Source of the DNA: a virus
Taxonomy: Duplodnaviria > Caudoviricetes
Reading direction: 5' to 3' (one strand)
IMG/VR virus record: IMGVR_UViG_3300031993_000027
Coordinates: 32,001-96,000 of that record
Length of the DNA: 64,000 bases
Both the position numbers and the translations under genes were made by a program. Below the pieces are notes generated by a model that was given only the letters and a program-made list of their open reading frames with translations, did no database searches and was not told the DNA's origin. The stretch's first letter is position 1. Each line of letters starts with the position of its first letter. This document shows positions 47,579 to 57,185 of this stretch, piece by piece.

Positions 47579-48561
47579 AACTCAATAGTCTCTGCATCCC
47601 ACTCGTAACCGTCGTCAGAAACGCCCTTGGATACAAACAGATAAGCAGGTTCGTCATCGTCGTTAAAGAATCCTACTTCGCAAGGCTTGTCATATTCACC
47701 TTCGTCGATATATCCTGCGAGCGTGTAGTCAACGAGACCGTTGTTTACCTTCTTAGGAGAAGCATTGTCGTCAATCCAATATGTGACACCGCCACCTGTT
47801 CTCGGTGCATCTTCACCGCAAACCTTTTTCTGATTGAGAACCTTCTTCTTTTTCTTCTTAGAGCCACAACCTTCGTAAAGGTCTGAATCCTCGTCGTCGA
47901 AGTCGTCCCAATCATCATCGTCAGCAGGGAGGTTAGCGTTGAACTCGTCGATAAACTTATATCCTTCATCGAGAATCCATCCGAAGTCTGAAGAATCTGC
48001 TGAATAGATTGACATATCGGTATCCAATGTGTCACCGTATTCGTTTACAGGATAAGGCATAAGCCAATCCCACTCGTACTCGTTCATCATAGAGTTTCTA
48101 GGACAGTAAGCGAACTTTGCCTGTACAAAGTCTGATTCTCCGTCATAGCCGTAACTCTCTGCACTATCTTCGTCCATATAGCACATAACAACAGCGAAGT
48201 CGTTCTCGTCGTTGTAACCGATATCTACCCAATAAGTAGCGGATGGGTCTTTATCACTCATTGCTCTATTGAACTGTTCCTCGCACTCTTTAAGAGCCTG
48301 TTCCATTTTCTTAGTAACAGTGATTTCAGTATCACCTGCGGAATTTCCAAATCTTTCACTCATATTCGTTTTATTCTCCTTTACATAGTGAGAATTGCCA
48401 CCGTTATAATAGTTTTGAAGCAGGTACAACGCTTCTGTGTCAAGACTAATAGCCTTACTGTTAGCACTCTTCAACATAGCGTGTGCGTATTCGTCATTTG
48501 CTAAATCATTTAACATAACGCTTATTTGTTTAACTTTGTAATCGTCAAAAGGCATATTCAT
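47575..48561 (-). CDS. Very acidic multidomain protein
   Basis: Internal in-frame AAGGAG + ATG at 48363. Confidence 0.7.
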   Translation of the reverse strand: MNMPFDDYKVKQISVMLNDLANDEYAHAMLKSANSKAISLDTEALYLLQNYYNGGNSHYVKENKTNMSERFGNSAGDTEITVTKKMEQALKECEEQFNRAMSDKDPSATYWVDIGYNDENDFAVVMCYMDEDSAESYGYDGESDFVQAKFAYCPRNSMMNEYEWDWLMPYPVNEYGDTLDTDMSIYSADSSDFGWILDEGYKFIDEFNANLPADDDDWDDFDDEDSDLYEGCGSKKKKKKVLNQKKVCGEDAPRTGGGVTYWIDDNASPKKVNNGLVDYTLAGYIDEGEYDKPCEVGFFNDDDEPAYLFVSKGVSDDGYEWDAETIEL

Positions 48562-48567
48562 TCTCCT

Positions 48568-49572
48568 TTACTCTTCTTCGTCAAAATCTTCGTCTTCTTC
48601 GTCCTCGTCCCAATCAGGTTCGAGTTCGTCTTTGTGTTCTTCCCACTTTTCTTTCGCCCAACGTTCGAAGTTCTTATAAAAATCTTGTTCGAATCTTTCA
48701 AGTTCTTCCCTTGTTAGGTTATCTATTTCAAAACCATCGTATTGATTATATACATCAATATAACCATTATCACGAACATAATCTCCATAATCAATGAAGT
48801 CTTCTATTACATCTGAAGCATCAATAATACCTGCTTCGTGGAGTTCATCAAAATAAGAGTTCATTCCAAGGTTTGCATCGTAACTATGACAGTGACCTTT
48901 TTCTTCCCAATACTCAACGTGACTATTGTCTATTTCTTCATCATAAGAACGACAATCTGCTGTTGCAGGTTCAGCAAATAATTCAAGGTTTGCTTCAAGA
49001 TAATCTACGATTGCTCCTGCAAGAGTTTCTTCGATAAACTTAGTATAAGCATCGTCGTTTATTTGATAATATTCTATATGTTTATAAGCATAATCTTTAA
49101 GAAGTCTTGCGATAGTATCATCTGTTTCTTCAATAAGGAATGAGGCATCACCGCCACACGTTTCAAGACCATAACCTTCGTAGTATAAATCGCCATCATT
49201 ATAGTTACGGTAAGCAATCCTGTTGTACGCTCTTACAATCTCACCGCCTTGCGTATCGGAAGTGCCTGACTGTTTAACAAAAGGCTTAAACAAATCTTCC
49301 AACTTCTCGTCTGCGGTCTTATCGCTTTCAAGGATATCTCTAGCAACAGAAATCTCGGCTTCGTGCTCCTTGATGAAAGCCTGTTTTTGTCTCTCGGCTT
49401 CCTCACGCTCTTTAGCCAATCTCTCTGCTTCCTTCTCGTCATCGTACTTCTGCTGTGTCTTACGAGTAACCGTGTCGTAAGAATCGTATCCGTACTGACT
49501 TGCATCTTTAGGAAGCATTATATTACCAACACGGATATAATCATCTTCCGCTTCAAACAGATTAAGTCTCAT
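48568..49572 (-). CDS. Acidic protein with leader MRLNLFE
   Basis: GEIVRAYNRIAYRNYNDGD motif. Confidence 0.7.
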   Translation of the reverse strand: MRLNLFEAEDDYIRVGNIMLPKDASQYGYDSYDTVTRKTQQKYDDEKEAERLAKEREEAERQKQAFIKEHEAEISVARDILESDKTADEKLEDLFKPFVKQSGTSDTQGGEIVRAYNRIAYRNYNDGDLYYEGYGLETCGGDASFLIEETDDTIARLLKDYAYKHIEYYQINDDAYTKFIEETLAGAIVDYLEANLELFAEPATADCRSYDEEIDNSHVEYWEEKGHCHSYDANLGMNSYFDELHEAGIIDASDVIEDFIDYGDYVRDNGYIDVYNQYDGFEIDNLTREELERFEQDFYKNFERWAKEKWEEHKDELEPDWDEDEEDEDFDEEE

Positions 49573-49629
49573 AATTATTCTCCTTTAGATTTTTACATAA
49601 AAATACCTACTGTTTCCATTATTAAATAA

Positions 49630-49660
49630 AAAGCCCCTAAATGCAAGACTTAGGGACTTT
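49630..49660 (-). terminator. Intrinsic terminator
   Basis: AAAG.CCCTAA/TTAGGG.CTTT plus T-run. Confidence 0.6.
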
Positions 49661-49675
49661 AAACATCAAACATTA

Positions 49676-50488
49676 TTAGAAATAAAAGTCTACGTAGACC
49701 ATCTTATCGCCCTTGAAATCACGCCAAGAGTTCATATCGGAATACTTCGTACAACCGAACGTTCTTGTTGCCCTGTCATACTCACCCTTGATATAAACCT
49801 GCGAATCCTTTGGAGAAGGAATATCCTTCAGCGTAAAGAGGTCTCCCTGCTTCAAGGACTTCAACGGAACAGGTGTTTGAGCACTCCAATTAGTCGTATC
49901 AACAGCATCTTCGTCGTACTTCTCTGTGAACCTGATAGGAACTCTGAAACTTACCAACTGATTGTTCTTGTACTTTCCTGTCGGTATGTATCCTTCAAAT
50001 TGGAAGCCAAACCTATTAATTTTGTCTTTAGGAAGTTTAGTTCCGAACTTGTCGTCATCGTCAGTAGCGTTATTAGGTCTAGTGAAGTTCAACGTTCTCT
50101 TGTCGAACGTTACCATCGTAGAACCGTCGGATACATAGATAATGCCGAAGAAATCTTCATCCTTCCAAATGATAGATTCCTGATTGAGAAGTCTACCGAT
50201 TTCAAGAGCCGTTTCCTTCTCAATGTTGTAGAGAATAAAACTCTTCTCAAAGCCTACCGTTCCACTATCATAGGTATAAGTTCCGTTGACAAAGTTGAAG
50301 CCACGAACCTTGCCCTTGTCCGAATACTTGCGGATAAGGTCTCTAAGTTCGTCATACCTGCTCTCGTAGGTATCCTTGTCCTGACTTCCTATAATAGCAA
50401 AAGTAACACTATCGGTAAGATGTTGATAGATTCTACCATAACTTGCTTCTAACAGATTGTCTCTGCTTTCAAGTTCTATAACTGCCAT
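49676..50488 (-). CDS. Conserved large-phage protein (LLEASYGRIYQH...EKSF...QESI) with leader
   Basis: Motif pattern; MAVIELE leader. Confidence 0.65.
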   Translation of the reverse strand: MAVIELESRDNLLEASYGRIYQHLTDSVTFAIIGSQDKDTYESRYDELRDLIRKYSDKGKVRGFNFVNGTYTYDSGTVGFEKSFILYNIEKETALEIGRLLNQESIIWKDEDFFGIIYVSDGSTMVTFDKRTLNFTRPNNATDDDDKFGTKLPKDKINRFGFQFEGYIPTGKYKNNQLVSFRVPIRFTEKYDEDAVDTTNWSAQTPVPLKSLKQGDLFTLKDIPSPKDSQVYIKGEYDRATRTFGCTKYSDMNSWRDFKGDKMVYVDFYF

Positions 50489-50535
50489 TTGTCTTTCCTC
50501 CTTCTTCTTAGATTACAGGGCATCCCTGCATCTTT

Positions 50536-50560
50536 CTTAACGAGACAGCGAGATTGAATC
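50536..50560 (-). promoter_or_regulatory. Class B promoter-like motif GATTCAA-N10-TCGTTAAG
   Basis: Same spacing as the other copies. Confidence 0.6.
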
Positions 50561-52253
50561 ACCACCCACGTTTAATATACTTCCAAAAACGATTGATTGC
50601 TTCTTCATCCGAATTTGCTCTTAGGGACATTTTTGCATCGTCGTCCTTCAGGATGATATACTCGTCGGTGTCACCAAATGTGGAATCCTTGATAAGTTCC
50701 CACTCGCCTCTCTTGATGATAGATACTTCATCAGTAGTCTTGGTGTTAAGAGCCTCTACCTCATAGGATGTTGTGTTATCGTCAATCATCTTGTCAAGAG
50801 CCTTTGTATTAGCAAAGTAAGCAGAACCGTTATCATCTGTTACAACAAGGTTTCCGTTTGCATCTGAACCAAGAACCAAGTTGTACTTAGCAATAGTCTT
50901 TACTGTTTCCCAATTAGTAAAGTTGTCGTTAATAAGTTCTTCCAACTGATATGTGTCACAAACTACAACTTCACTTCTCTTTGATTTTAATAACTTACAG
51001 ATATTGTCATCGGCTCTTACCCAGTAATCCATGTCCTTATCGTCCATGTTGTTAATCATACCTTCTTCGATATCATCGAGAAATCTATAATCTACCTTAT
51101 CGCTTGCACTCTCTAACTTCCTTCTCATAGTCCTGTTTCCCTTTCTGCTTTCAAGTGTTGTTTTATTTAATGGAATAAGTTTGAGTTCACTATAATCAGG
51201 GTGATGTATAAGTTGAGCCTCAAAGTTCTTATCACAGTCATTGCAAAATACTTCTGTGTAGTCTCCGATAGAATCTATATGGATGGAGTTCTTAGCACCG
51301 CATTCAGGGCAATCTACGTCTTTATCAATATATGTCATAGACCACTCGTTTTTTCTCTGTCTGTTTTCAAGTGAAAGTTCCTGCGACCTTAACTTCATAT
51401 AACTGTCCTTTAAATCGGACAGCAGACCAAGGTTGCGAATCTCCTTGAAGGTCTGATTTCCTTTGCCGTATTCTCCTTCAGCAAGGAGACCGTTCTTACG
51501 AAGCAGGTACAGGTCATCGACCATCTTGTTTATCTTATCAGGGTCTTTGCTGTCAAGAGCCTCATTTATCTTATTCTTCCATTCGTCGATATCTGCTTCG
51601 ATATCAATTTCAGGAACTTCGATAGGTTCGGGTTTCTTTATCCACTCTTCCGTCATTACGGAGTAAATGCCGTTACTCATAGTGGATGCGTTTACATCTT
51701 CAACATAGAGTTCAACGTCTATGCCGTGAATAGAAATATCATAGGATTCGTTGAAGTCTGCCTTGGAGAAGTTCATAAGGGTCTGCACTAATCCTGTATT
51801 GTCATCTATTGTCAGAAAGTTAACAACGATATGAACGTCAATATCGGAATGACTTGTATAGTTATAAGAAGCATTAGAACCCAACAGATATATATCTATC
51901 GGGTTGATATCTATTTCGGTCATGCCTTTAATTGTCTCTCTGAACTCTTCCACGATTTCGAGAATCTTTTCTCTTACGTCAGGAAGCAGGTTCATATTGG
52001 TATCCCACAACTTAGGATTGAGTTCTTTGTGTACCTCTAATTTCTCCGTTATTAGGCTTTCAGTAGCGAACGGTGGATTATATGGTTTGAGTTCTTTGCT
52101 AGAGAACACAGGAGCACTGTCACCGTTCCAAAGGCTAACAGAGTATTCGTCGTCTTCCTCATTAGCATCAACGACCTTACCCCACTCGCCACCGTACCAT
52201 TCACTGTTTTTCTTTATCTCTACGTAGTCGCCTACTTTAAACTTCTTCGCCAT
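50559..52253 (-). CDS. Polyprotein: KOW/SH3-like + pol-beta nucleotidyltransferase + Zn ribbon + acidic domains
   Basis: LLGSNASYNYTSHSDIDVH...VELYVED; CPECG..CNDC; LxE linkers. Confidence 0.8.
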   Translation of the reverse strand: MAKKFKVGDYVEIKKNSEWYGGEWGKVVDANEEDDEYSVSLWNGDSAPVFSSKELKPYNPPFATESLITEKLEVHKELNPKLWDTNMNLLPDVREKILEIVEEFRETIKGMTEIDINPIDIYLLGSNASYNYTSHSDIDVHIVVNFLTIDDNTGLVQTLMNFSKADFNESYDISIHGIDVELYVEDVNASTMSNGIYSVMTEEWIKKPEPIEVPEIDIEADIDEWKNKINEALDSKDPDKINKMVDDLYLLRKNGLLAEGEYGKGNQTFKEIRNLGLLSDLKDSYMKLRSQELSLENRQRKNEWSMTYIDKDVDCPECGAKNSIHIDSIGDYTEVFCNDCDKNFEAQLIHHPDYSELKLIPLNKTTLESRKGNRTMRRKLESASDKVDYRFLDDIEEGMINNMDDKDMDYWVRADDNICKLLKSKRSEVVVCDTYQLEELINDNFTNWETVKTIAKYNLVLGSDANGNLVVTDDNGSAYFANTKALDKMIDDNTTSYEVEALNTKTTDEVSIIKRGEWELIKDSTFGDTDEYIILKDDDAKMSLRANSDEEAINRFWKYIKRGW

Positions 52254-52264
52254 AGTCTTAATCC

Positions 52265-52606
52265 TTATTCTTCAAATTTATCAAGCAGTTCATCTTCGTA
52301 GTATATCTCGTCATATTCAATGCCGAGTTCGTTCAGATACTCTACTAACGGATACCTGCCATACTCGTCTTCTAAATTTTCCCACAGGTCTTCATAATAA
52401 TACGAGCGATAATTCTCGCCATCATCTATTTCTTCGACCAATCCTTCTTCAAAGTAGTCATTATAATTCATGTCGCTATCAACTTCTATGCCTAACGATA
52501 TGCAAGCAAATATTTCAGGGTCAACTTCAACAACATCAAACAACGTCCAATGGAGTTGAGGCATATAGGCTGTGCTTAAATCTGTTTCTGCTACAACTAT
52601 TCTCAT
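52265..52606 (-). CDS. Very acidic protein with leader MRIVVAE
   Basis: RBS and composition. Confidence 0.65.
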   Translation of the reverse strand: MRIVVAETDLSTAYMPQLHWTLFDVVEVDPEIFACISLGIEVDSDMNYNDYFEEGLVEEIDDGENYRSYYYEDLWENLEDEYGRYPLVEYLNELGIEYDEIYYEDELLDKFEE

Positions 52607-52609
52607 ATC

Positions 52610-53095
52610 TCATTTTCTCCTATGTTCATATAGTTTACCGAAGATATAGAACCTTCTTATTTTATCCACAACTTCATCAGATATCATATCAGACAATCTA
52701 TACTTCTGCACCTGTCCATCGTAGGTATAGACTTCAACGAAGTTTTGTTTCGCCCCTAACATATCAAGCCACACAAGAAGAACCTTGTACTGTTCATCGG
52801 TCAACTGTCTTTCAGGTAAGACCATATACCACTTTGTCGTATCGCATCTGATACATCCAAGGTCAAACATGGTTTGACTTCCCTGTGTTGCTTTATACTC
52901 GTTTTCGGAGTATCCGTTGTCAATCAGGAACTTCTCAACGTCCGAATGATGTGTATATCTTCTTAAATCCAAGAACTTGCCATCAGGCATTATGTAGGTA
53001 ATGCCTTTAAACGGTAAATCTTCTGTTCCAAATTCTTTTTCAATTATGGAAAGAAGTTCTTTTTCAGTTTGTTCCTGTTCTAAGAAGAGTTTCAT
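52610..53095 (-). CDS. Hypothetical protein with leader MKLFLE
   Basis: YIMPDGKFLD...H motif. Confidence 0.65.
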   Translation of the reverse strand: MKLFLEQEQTEKELLSIIEKEFGTEDLPFKGITYIMPDGKFLDLRRYTHHSDVEKFLIDNGYSENEYKATQGSQTMFDLGCIRCDTTKWYMVLPERQLTDEQYKVLLVWLDMLGAKQNFVEVYTYDGQVQKYRLSDMISDEVVDKIRRFYIFGKLYEHRRK

Positions 53096-53099
53096 TTAA

Positions 53100-54104
53100 T
53101 CACCCAAAATAAATGTCACTAGGAAGGTCATAACCCTTCATATATTCTTCAACACCCTCTGCGGTATAGAGATAGTCGCTATAATCATCAAGTCCTCTCG
53201 GAACTCCAACAGCACCGAAGTTTTCTCCACCATAATAATCTACACAGGCTCTAGCAAACCACATAGGGTCTGTGTCCTTCTTACAATCTGCATAGGATTC
53301 AACCGCATCAACGTCAATCCAAGAATCGTTGATATCAACTGTTCCATCTTCAATAAGATAAACGTATTCATCATCAGGTGTGTCATAAACATAATTGCAC
53401 CTAACGAAATCATATGTTCCGTCACCGTTATCAGAAATAATAAAGCCACCGTCAAGGAAGTTAACGTCTCCAATGTTCTCCCAATTTTGAGCGTTCCTGT
53501 TCTCGAAAAGATTAAGTTTCATAGTATTTATTCTCCTACTTTCTCCAAAATACTCGGCTACATAAGTGTCGAACTCTTCGCCTGTATATAATGCTTTTTT
53601 CTTGCCACTCTGAATGTCTTCAATCTCGTCATCAAGAGCCTCGGCAAAGAATGTTTCCGTATCGGTAACTATTCCATTATCATCATCCAACATCAGGAAC
53701 AAATCATCGTGAGAATAGAATCCGTATTCCTTGGTCTTCAGCATACATTCAAAATCAACTATACCGATATAATCCTGCGGAAATGAGATAAGAATTTGAC
53801 CCTGATATTTGCTCCTGTTCTTGATGCTGTCAAAGATGCTCCAATCGTTGTTGAACTCGAAGTCGGTTACATCGTCTCTAAAGTATGCGTTAACAACATC
53901 AGAGAAGAGTTCTTCAGCACTAAGATTGGCTGAAGTGAAGGTCGAGATACCGCCCTCGTACTTCTCGTCTTCAACATAAAAAGTGATTTCATCAAACTCG
54001 ATTTCAGAGCCAACAGTAAGACCTTCGATTTCGAATCTTCCCTGCTTGCCTGAAAACTGATTTCCACTCTTAAATTGGAATGTCAGGTTAGTTACCTTTG
54101 CCAT
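53100..54104 (-). CDS. Acidic two-part fusion protein (internal MKLNLFE at 53522)
   Basis: Internal RBS + leader. Confidence 0.7.
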   Translation of the reverse strand: MAKVTNLTFQFKSGNQFSGKQGRFEIEGLTVGSEIEFDEITFYVEDEKYEGGISTFTSANLSAEELFSDVVNAYFRDDVTDFEFNNDWSIFDSIKNRSKYQGQILISFPQDYIGIVDFECMLKTKEYGFYSHDDLFLMLDDDNGIVTDTETFFAEALDDEIEDIQSGKKKALYTGEEFDTYVAEYFGESRRINTMKLNLFENRNAQNWENIGDVNFLDGGFIISDNGDGTYDFVRCNYVYDTPDDEYVYLIEDGTVDINDSWIDVDAVESYADCKKDTDPMWFARACVDYYGGENFGAVGVPRGLDDYSDYLYTAEGVEEYMKGYDLPSDIYFG

Positions 54105-54116
54105 GTTCTTTCTCCT

Positions 54117-55097
54117 TTAATCTAACACTTCGATTTGCGGAATCCCTAACTTGTTGCAAGTATCGAAAGCGAACTGTTTTTCTTCTTCAGTAGGTCTGTA
54201 AAGTCCATCCTTCGCATACTTCTTGAAAAGGCTGTAAAACGTATCTTCACAATCCTTATATTCATCTTCGTTGGATGCGATATAAATGAAGTCATCTTCC
54301 GATGGTTCGTCAGGACATACGTAAATCCAAGAGTAATAAGCATCCTCGTTGTTCATCGAAGTCATAACGTTGTGCATCAACTTAATGTTGTTCAAGAGTT
54401 GCTCGTCGTACTTCGGGGGTTCATCTTCTTTTACTCCGTTGTTAAGGATATCCTGTACATAATCCATTATGAAGTCTAATGCCTGTTCATAGGTCTCTAT
54501 ATCGTAGATATTACTTGCATCTAACGTTTCGTTTTCCTTGCTGTATGTAACCCTTACCCAACTTGCTGTAACAATCCTTTTTCCAAAGGCATTTATACTA
54601 TATTCAAAATCCCAATTTACCTTGAATGTTTCTTCGTATTCTTCTACTCTGAAAATATCTATATACCTTGAAAATCTTTCTGTATCAAACGGAATACCTA
54701 AAGATTTAATCGCCATATCTATTCCGAATCCAACAACCTCACGGAAATAAGCAGGGTCGATTTCATCTGAAAAAGCAATGTTAACGGATGAACCATCATT
54801 CTTGAATACATCATAGAACCTGTATCTAGCATTATCGTTAATGCCGTATTTGTCCTCACAGAGATTGAGTTTCATAGAGCCGTTGTTTTTGTTCTCATAG
54901 AATACGTCATCATATTCAAGAATTTCGCTCTCTCCTGTTTCTGTATCCGTGATTTCTACTACGTGTCCGTTGCCTACAAATTCATAGGCGTTAGCATAAG
55001 CCTCGGATTTGTCATCAGTATAGAAATCATCTGCGAGACCACGAAGGTTTCCGTCGTAGTATGCTTTCACCTCATATCTGTAATCTCCGTATGCCAT
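54117..55097 (-). CDS. Acidic multidomain fusion protein (internal MKLNLCE at 54875)
   Basis: Internal leader. Confidence 0.7.
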   Translation of the reverse strand: MAYGDYRYEVKAYYDGNLRGLADDFYTDDKSEAYANAYEFVGNGHVVEITDTETGESEILEYDDVFYENKNNGSMKLNLCEDKYGINDNARYRFYDVFKNDGSSVNIAFSDEIDPAYFREVVGFGIDMAIKSLGIPFDTERFSRYIDIFRVEEYEETFKVNWDFEYSINAFGKRIVTASWVRVTYSKENETLDASNIYDIETYEQALDFIMDYVQDILNNGVKEDEPPKYDEQLLNNIKLMHNVMTSMNNEDAYYSWIYVCPDEPSEDDFIYIASNEDEYKDCEDTFYSLFKKYAKDGLYRPTEEEKQFAFDTCNKLGIPQIEVLD

Positions 55098-55301
55098 TTA
55101 TCTAATCTCCTTCTCAATCTGTTCTACTGTCATATCATCAAGGCTCTTTAAAACCGCCCTAATTTCGTCGCTGTCGCAATCGTACCTGTCCGAATAGAAA
55201 TCTATTACTTTTTCTTTCAACGCAATCTGAAGCGATTCTGTGAGGTCACAGAGCCTTTTACTCTTTAATCTGTATGGAATTTTCAGATTTGCTGTTGTCA
55301 T
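55098..55301 (-). CDS. Hypothetical protein
   Basis: AAGGAG RBS. Confidence 0.55.
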   Translation of the reverse strand: MTTANLKIPYRLKSKRLCDLTESLQIALKEKVIDFYSDRYDCDSDEIRAVLKSLDDMTVEQIEKEIR

Positions 55302-55394
55302 CGTGTATCTCCTTGTCTATCAGACGTGTCACAAACTGTTCCAATTCTTCTTCTGTCATACTGTTAACCGCCTGTCTATTTTGTGGGAATAGAA

Positions 55395-55416
55395 CCACGC
55401 CCAAAGGAGGGCGTGG
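55395..55416 (-). terminator. GC-rich hairpin
   Basis: CCACGCCC/GGGCGTGG. Confidence 0.55.
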
Positions 55417-55425
55417 GGTTAACCT

Positions 55426-56295
55426 TTACTCTTCTTCGTAATACTCTCCGTTAACATACTCGTCGTAGTCAGCGTCATCTTCTGCGTTATAGACAGTTTC
55501 GTAATAGTCATCATAGTCCCAATCTCCTTTACCGCTTGTAAGGATTTCGTACTCCATGTCTACATAGCAATCAGACCAGTCTATGTCACCAACTTTACCT
55601 TCGGCAATCTCGTTGTCGATATATTCCTTCAGGTAACTAATCGCTTCATCATCATCCTCAAAACCGTCCAGTGGCTCTCCATTAAATCTAGCCGTATAGA
55701 TACGGTTATCGCCTGTTACGGCTTTATCAATATAGTCTGTTACGAACTTCTCGACTACATGGAGATTTGCAACGCCCTCGTCATAACTATTCTCTATATC
55801 AAGGTCTTCAATATCGCCTGTGAAGGTTGAGTGCGACCAACCGCCACCGAGTTTAGCCGTTCCTGACCAATTTATATCTTTGATAAGGTCTTGGATGTAT
55901 AGAGGGTCTATATCATCAGCATCAATACTACTAGCAATCCAGTCAGGGTCAAGGTCGTCAATATCTTCTGCGACCCTAGAGTACCAATTCTCTTTTCCAC
56001 GGTATTCTTCGACCATTCTCTCGATAGCATCTTCTGTAAGAATGTCGCCATTATAGCCGTTACCAATGCCAAGAGGAATACTTATTTCAGTACAAACAAG
56101 GTCTACGTCCTTAATGTCACCTGTTCCGTAGTAATAAGATTCAGCACTAACATCTGCCTGTATCTTGATATCACACTTGATTTTTACTGTAACATCGTAG
56201 TTGTTTTTTTCTTCGATTTCGAATGACTTTACTTCGATATCTCCTTCGATTGAACCGTTACTGATTGTTACGGTATATCCTGCTCCTGCGCCCAT
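55426..56295 (-). CDS. Very acidic hypothetical protein
   Basis: Strong RBS. Confidence 0.7.
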   Translation of the reverse strand: MGAGAGYTVTISNGSIEGDIEVKSFEIEEKNNYDVTVKIKCDIKIQADVSAESYYYGTGDIKDVDLVCTEISIPLGIGNGYNGDILTEDAIERMVEEYRGKENWYSRVAEDIDDLDPDWIASSIDADDIDPLYIQDLIKDINWSGTAKLGGGWSHSTFTGDIEDLDIENSYDEGVANLHVVEKFVTDYIDKAVTGDNRIYTARFNGEPLDGFEDDDEAISYLKEYIDNEIAEGKVGDIDWSDCYVDMEYEILTSGKGDWDYDDYYETVYNAEDDADYDEYVNGEYYEEE

Positions 56296-56307
56296 ACTTT
56301 TTCCTCC

Positions 56308-56613
56308 TTAAATTTCTGCCCAAACACGAAGGGCATCACAAAGGTCATAGAAGTTATTAAGAATATAGTTTACATTATCCTCAACATCTTCGTATTCCAT
56401 ACCGTATTCTTCATAGTTTTCAAGGTTGTCTTCCTCATTCTCAATTTCATCAAGGTCATCCTGAAGGTCGTCTTCGTCATACTCTTCAGGGAACTTCCTG
56501 TGAATTTCATCATAGCAATCTTTAAGAAGTTCAAGAACTCTTCCCATATTATCACTACGAATTGCGTGTCTTAGTGCCTTACCATGTTTAAGTGTATACT
56601 TCCATTCAGCCAT
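56308..56613 (-). CDS. Acidic phage protein (W+YTL...FYDLCD..RVW family)
   Basis: Motif. Confidence 0.65.
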   Translation of the reverse strand: MAEWKYTLKHGKALRHAIRSDNMGRVLELLKDCYDEIHRKFPEEYDEDDLQDDLDEIENEEDNLENYEEYGMEYEDVEDNVNYILNNFYDLCDALRVWAEI

Positions 56614-56625
56614 AGTTTTTCTCCT

Positions 56626-56856
56626 TTATTTTACTTCCCAATCACATCTATCGGTCACATCATAATACTTGCCATTTAAATCCCAACTTAAAAGTTTCCC
56701 ACTATCGGTAACAATATATGAAGTCCACCAATTAGATTCGTCTTCAGGTGTATATTCATAACCATCACCAAATTCAGACCCTTGTCGAGTTCTTCTTATG
56801 TATTCTTTGCCATCAACATAGAGTTTATCTTCAATGCTTTCTCTTACAGGTATCAT
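56626..56856 (-). CDS. Small protein with leader MIPVRE
   Basis: RBS. Confidence 0.65.
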   Translation of the reverse strand: MIPVRESIEDKLYVDGKEYIRRTRQGSEFGDGYEYTPEDESNWWTSYIVTDSGKLLSWDLNGKYYDVTDRCDWEVK

Positions 56857-56867
56857 TCTTATTCTCC

Positions 56868-57071
56868 TTACTTATACTGACTAAGTTTTCTGACCCAGTG
56901 CATGAAAATTCCAAACGAAGGGAATGTGTTCGGGTCAAGGTCATCACTTATATTGTCGTAATACTCTCTCAACTCTTCGTTAGACAGACCTCTCAACATT
57001 TCAAGTTCCTTGCTAGAAAAGTCGTGAGTACCAAGTTTGTCCTTCTTGGCTTCCGTAACTTCGATAACCAT
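56868..57071 (-). CDS. Small protein with leader MVIEVTE
   Basis: RBS. Confidence 0.65.
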   Translation of the reverse strand: MVIEVTEAKKDKLGTHDFSSKELEMLRGLSNEELREYYDNISDDLDPNTFPSFGIFMHWVRKLSQYK

Positions 57072-57098
57072 ATTAATTCTCCTTCCAATAACATCATT

Positions 57099-57127
57099 AG
57101 TTTAGCACTATACTACCCTAATGTCAA
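57099..57127 (-). promoter_or_regulatory. Class A promoter TTGACA-17-TAAACT with TAGGGTAG box
   Basis: Shared box. Confidence 0.7.
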
Positions 57128-57185
57128 CAACTATCCTTTATTAAGTTAAATTTACACTTTTCAACATAAAAAGGCAAGAGTTGAA

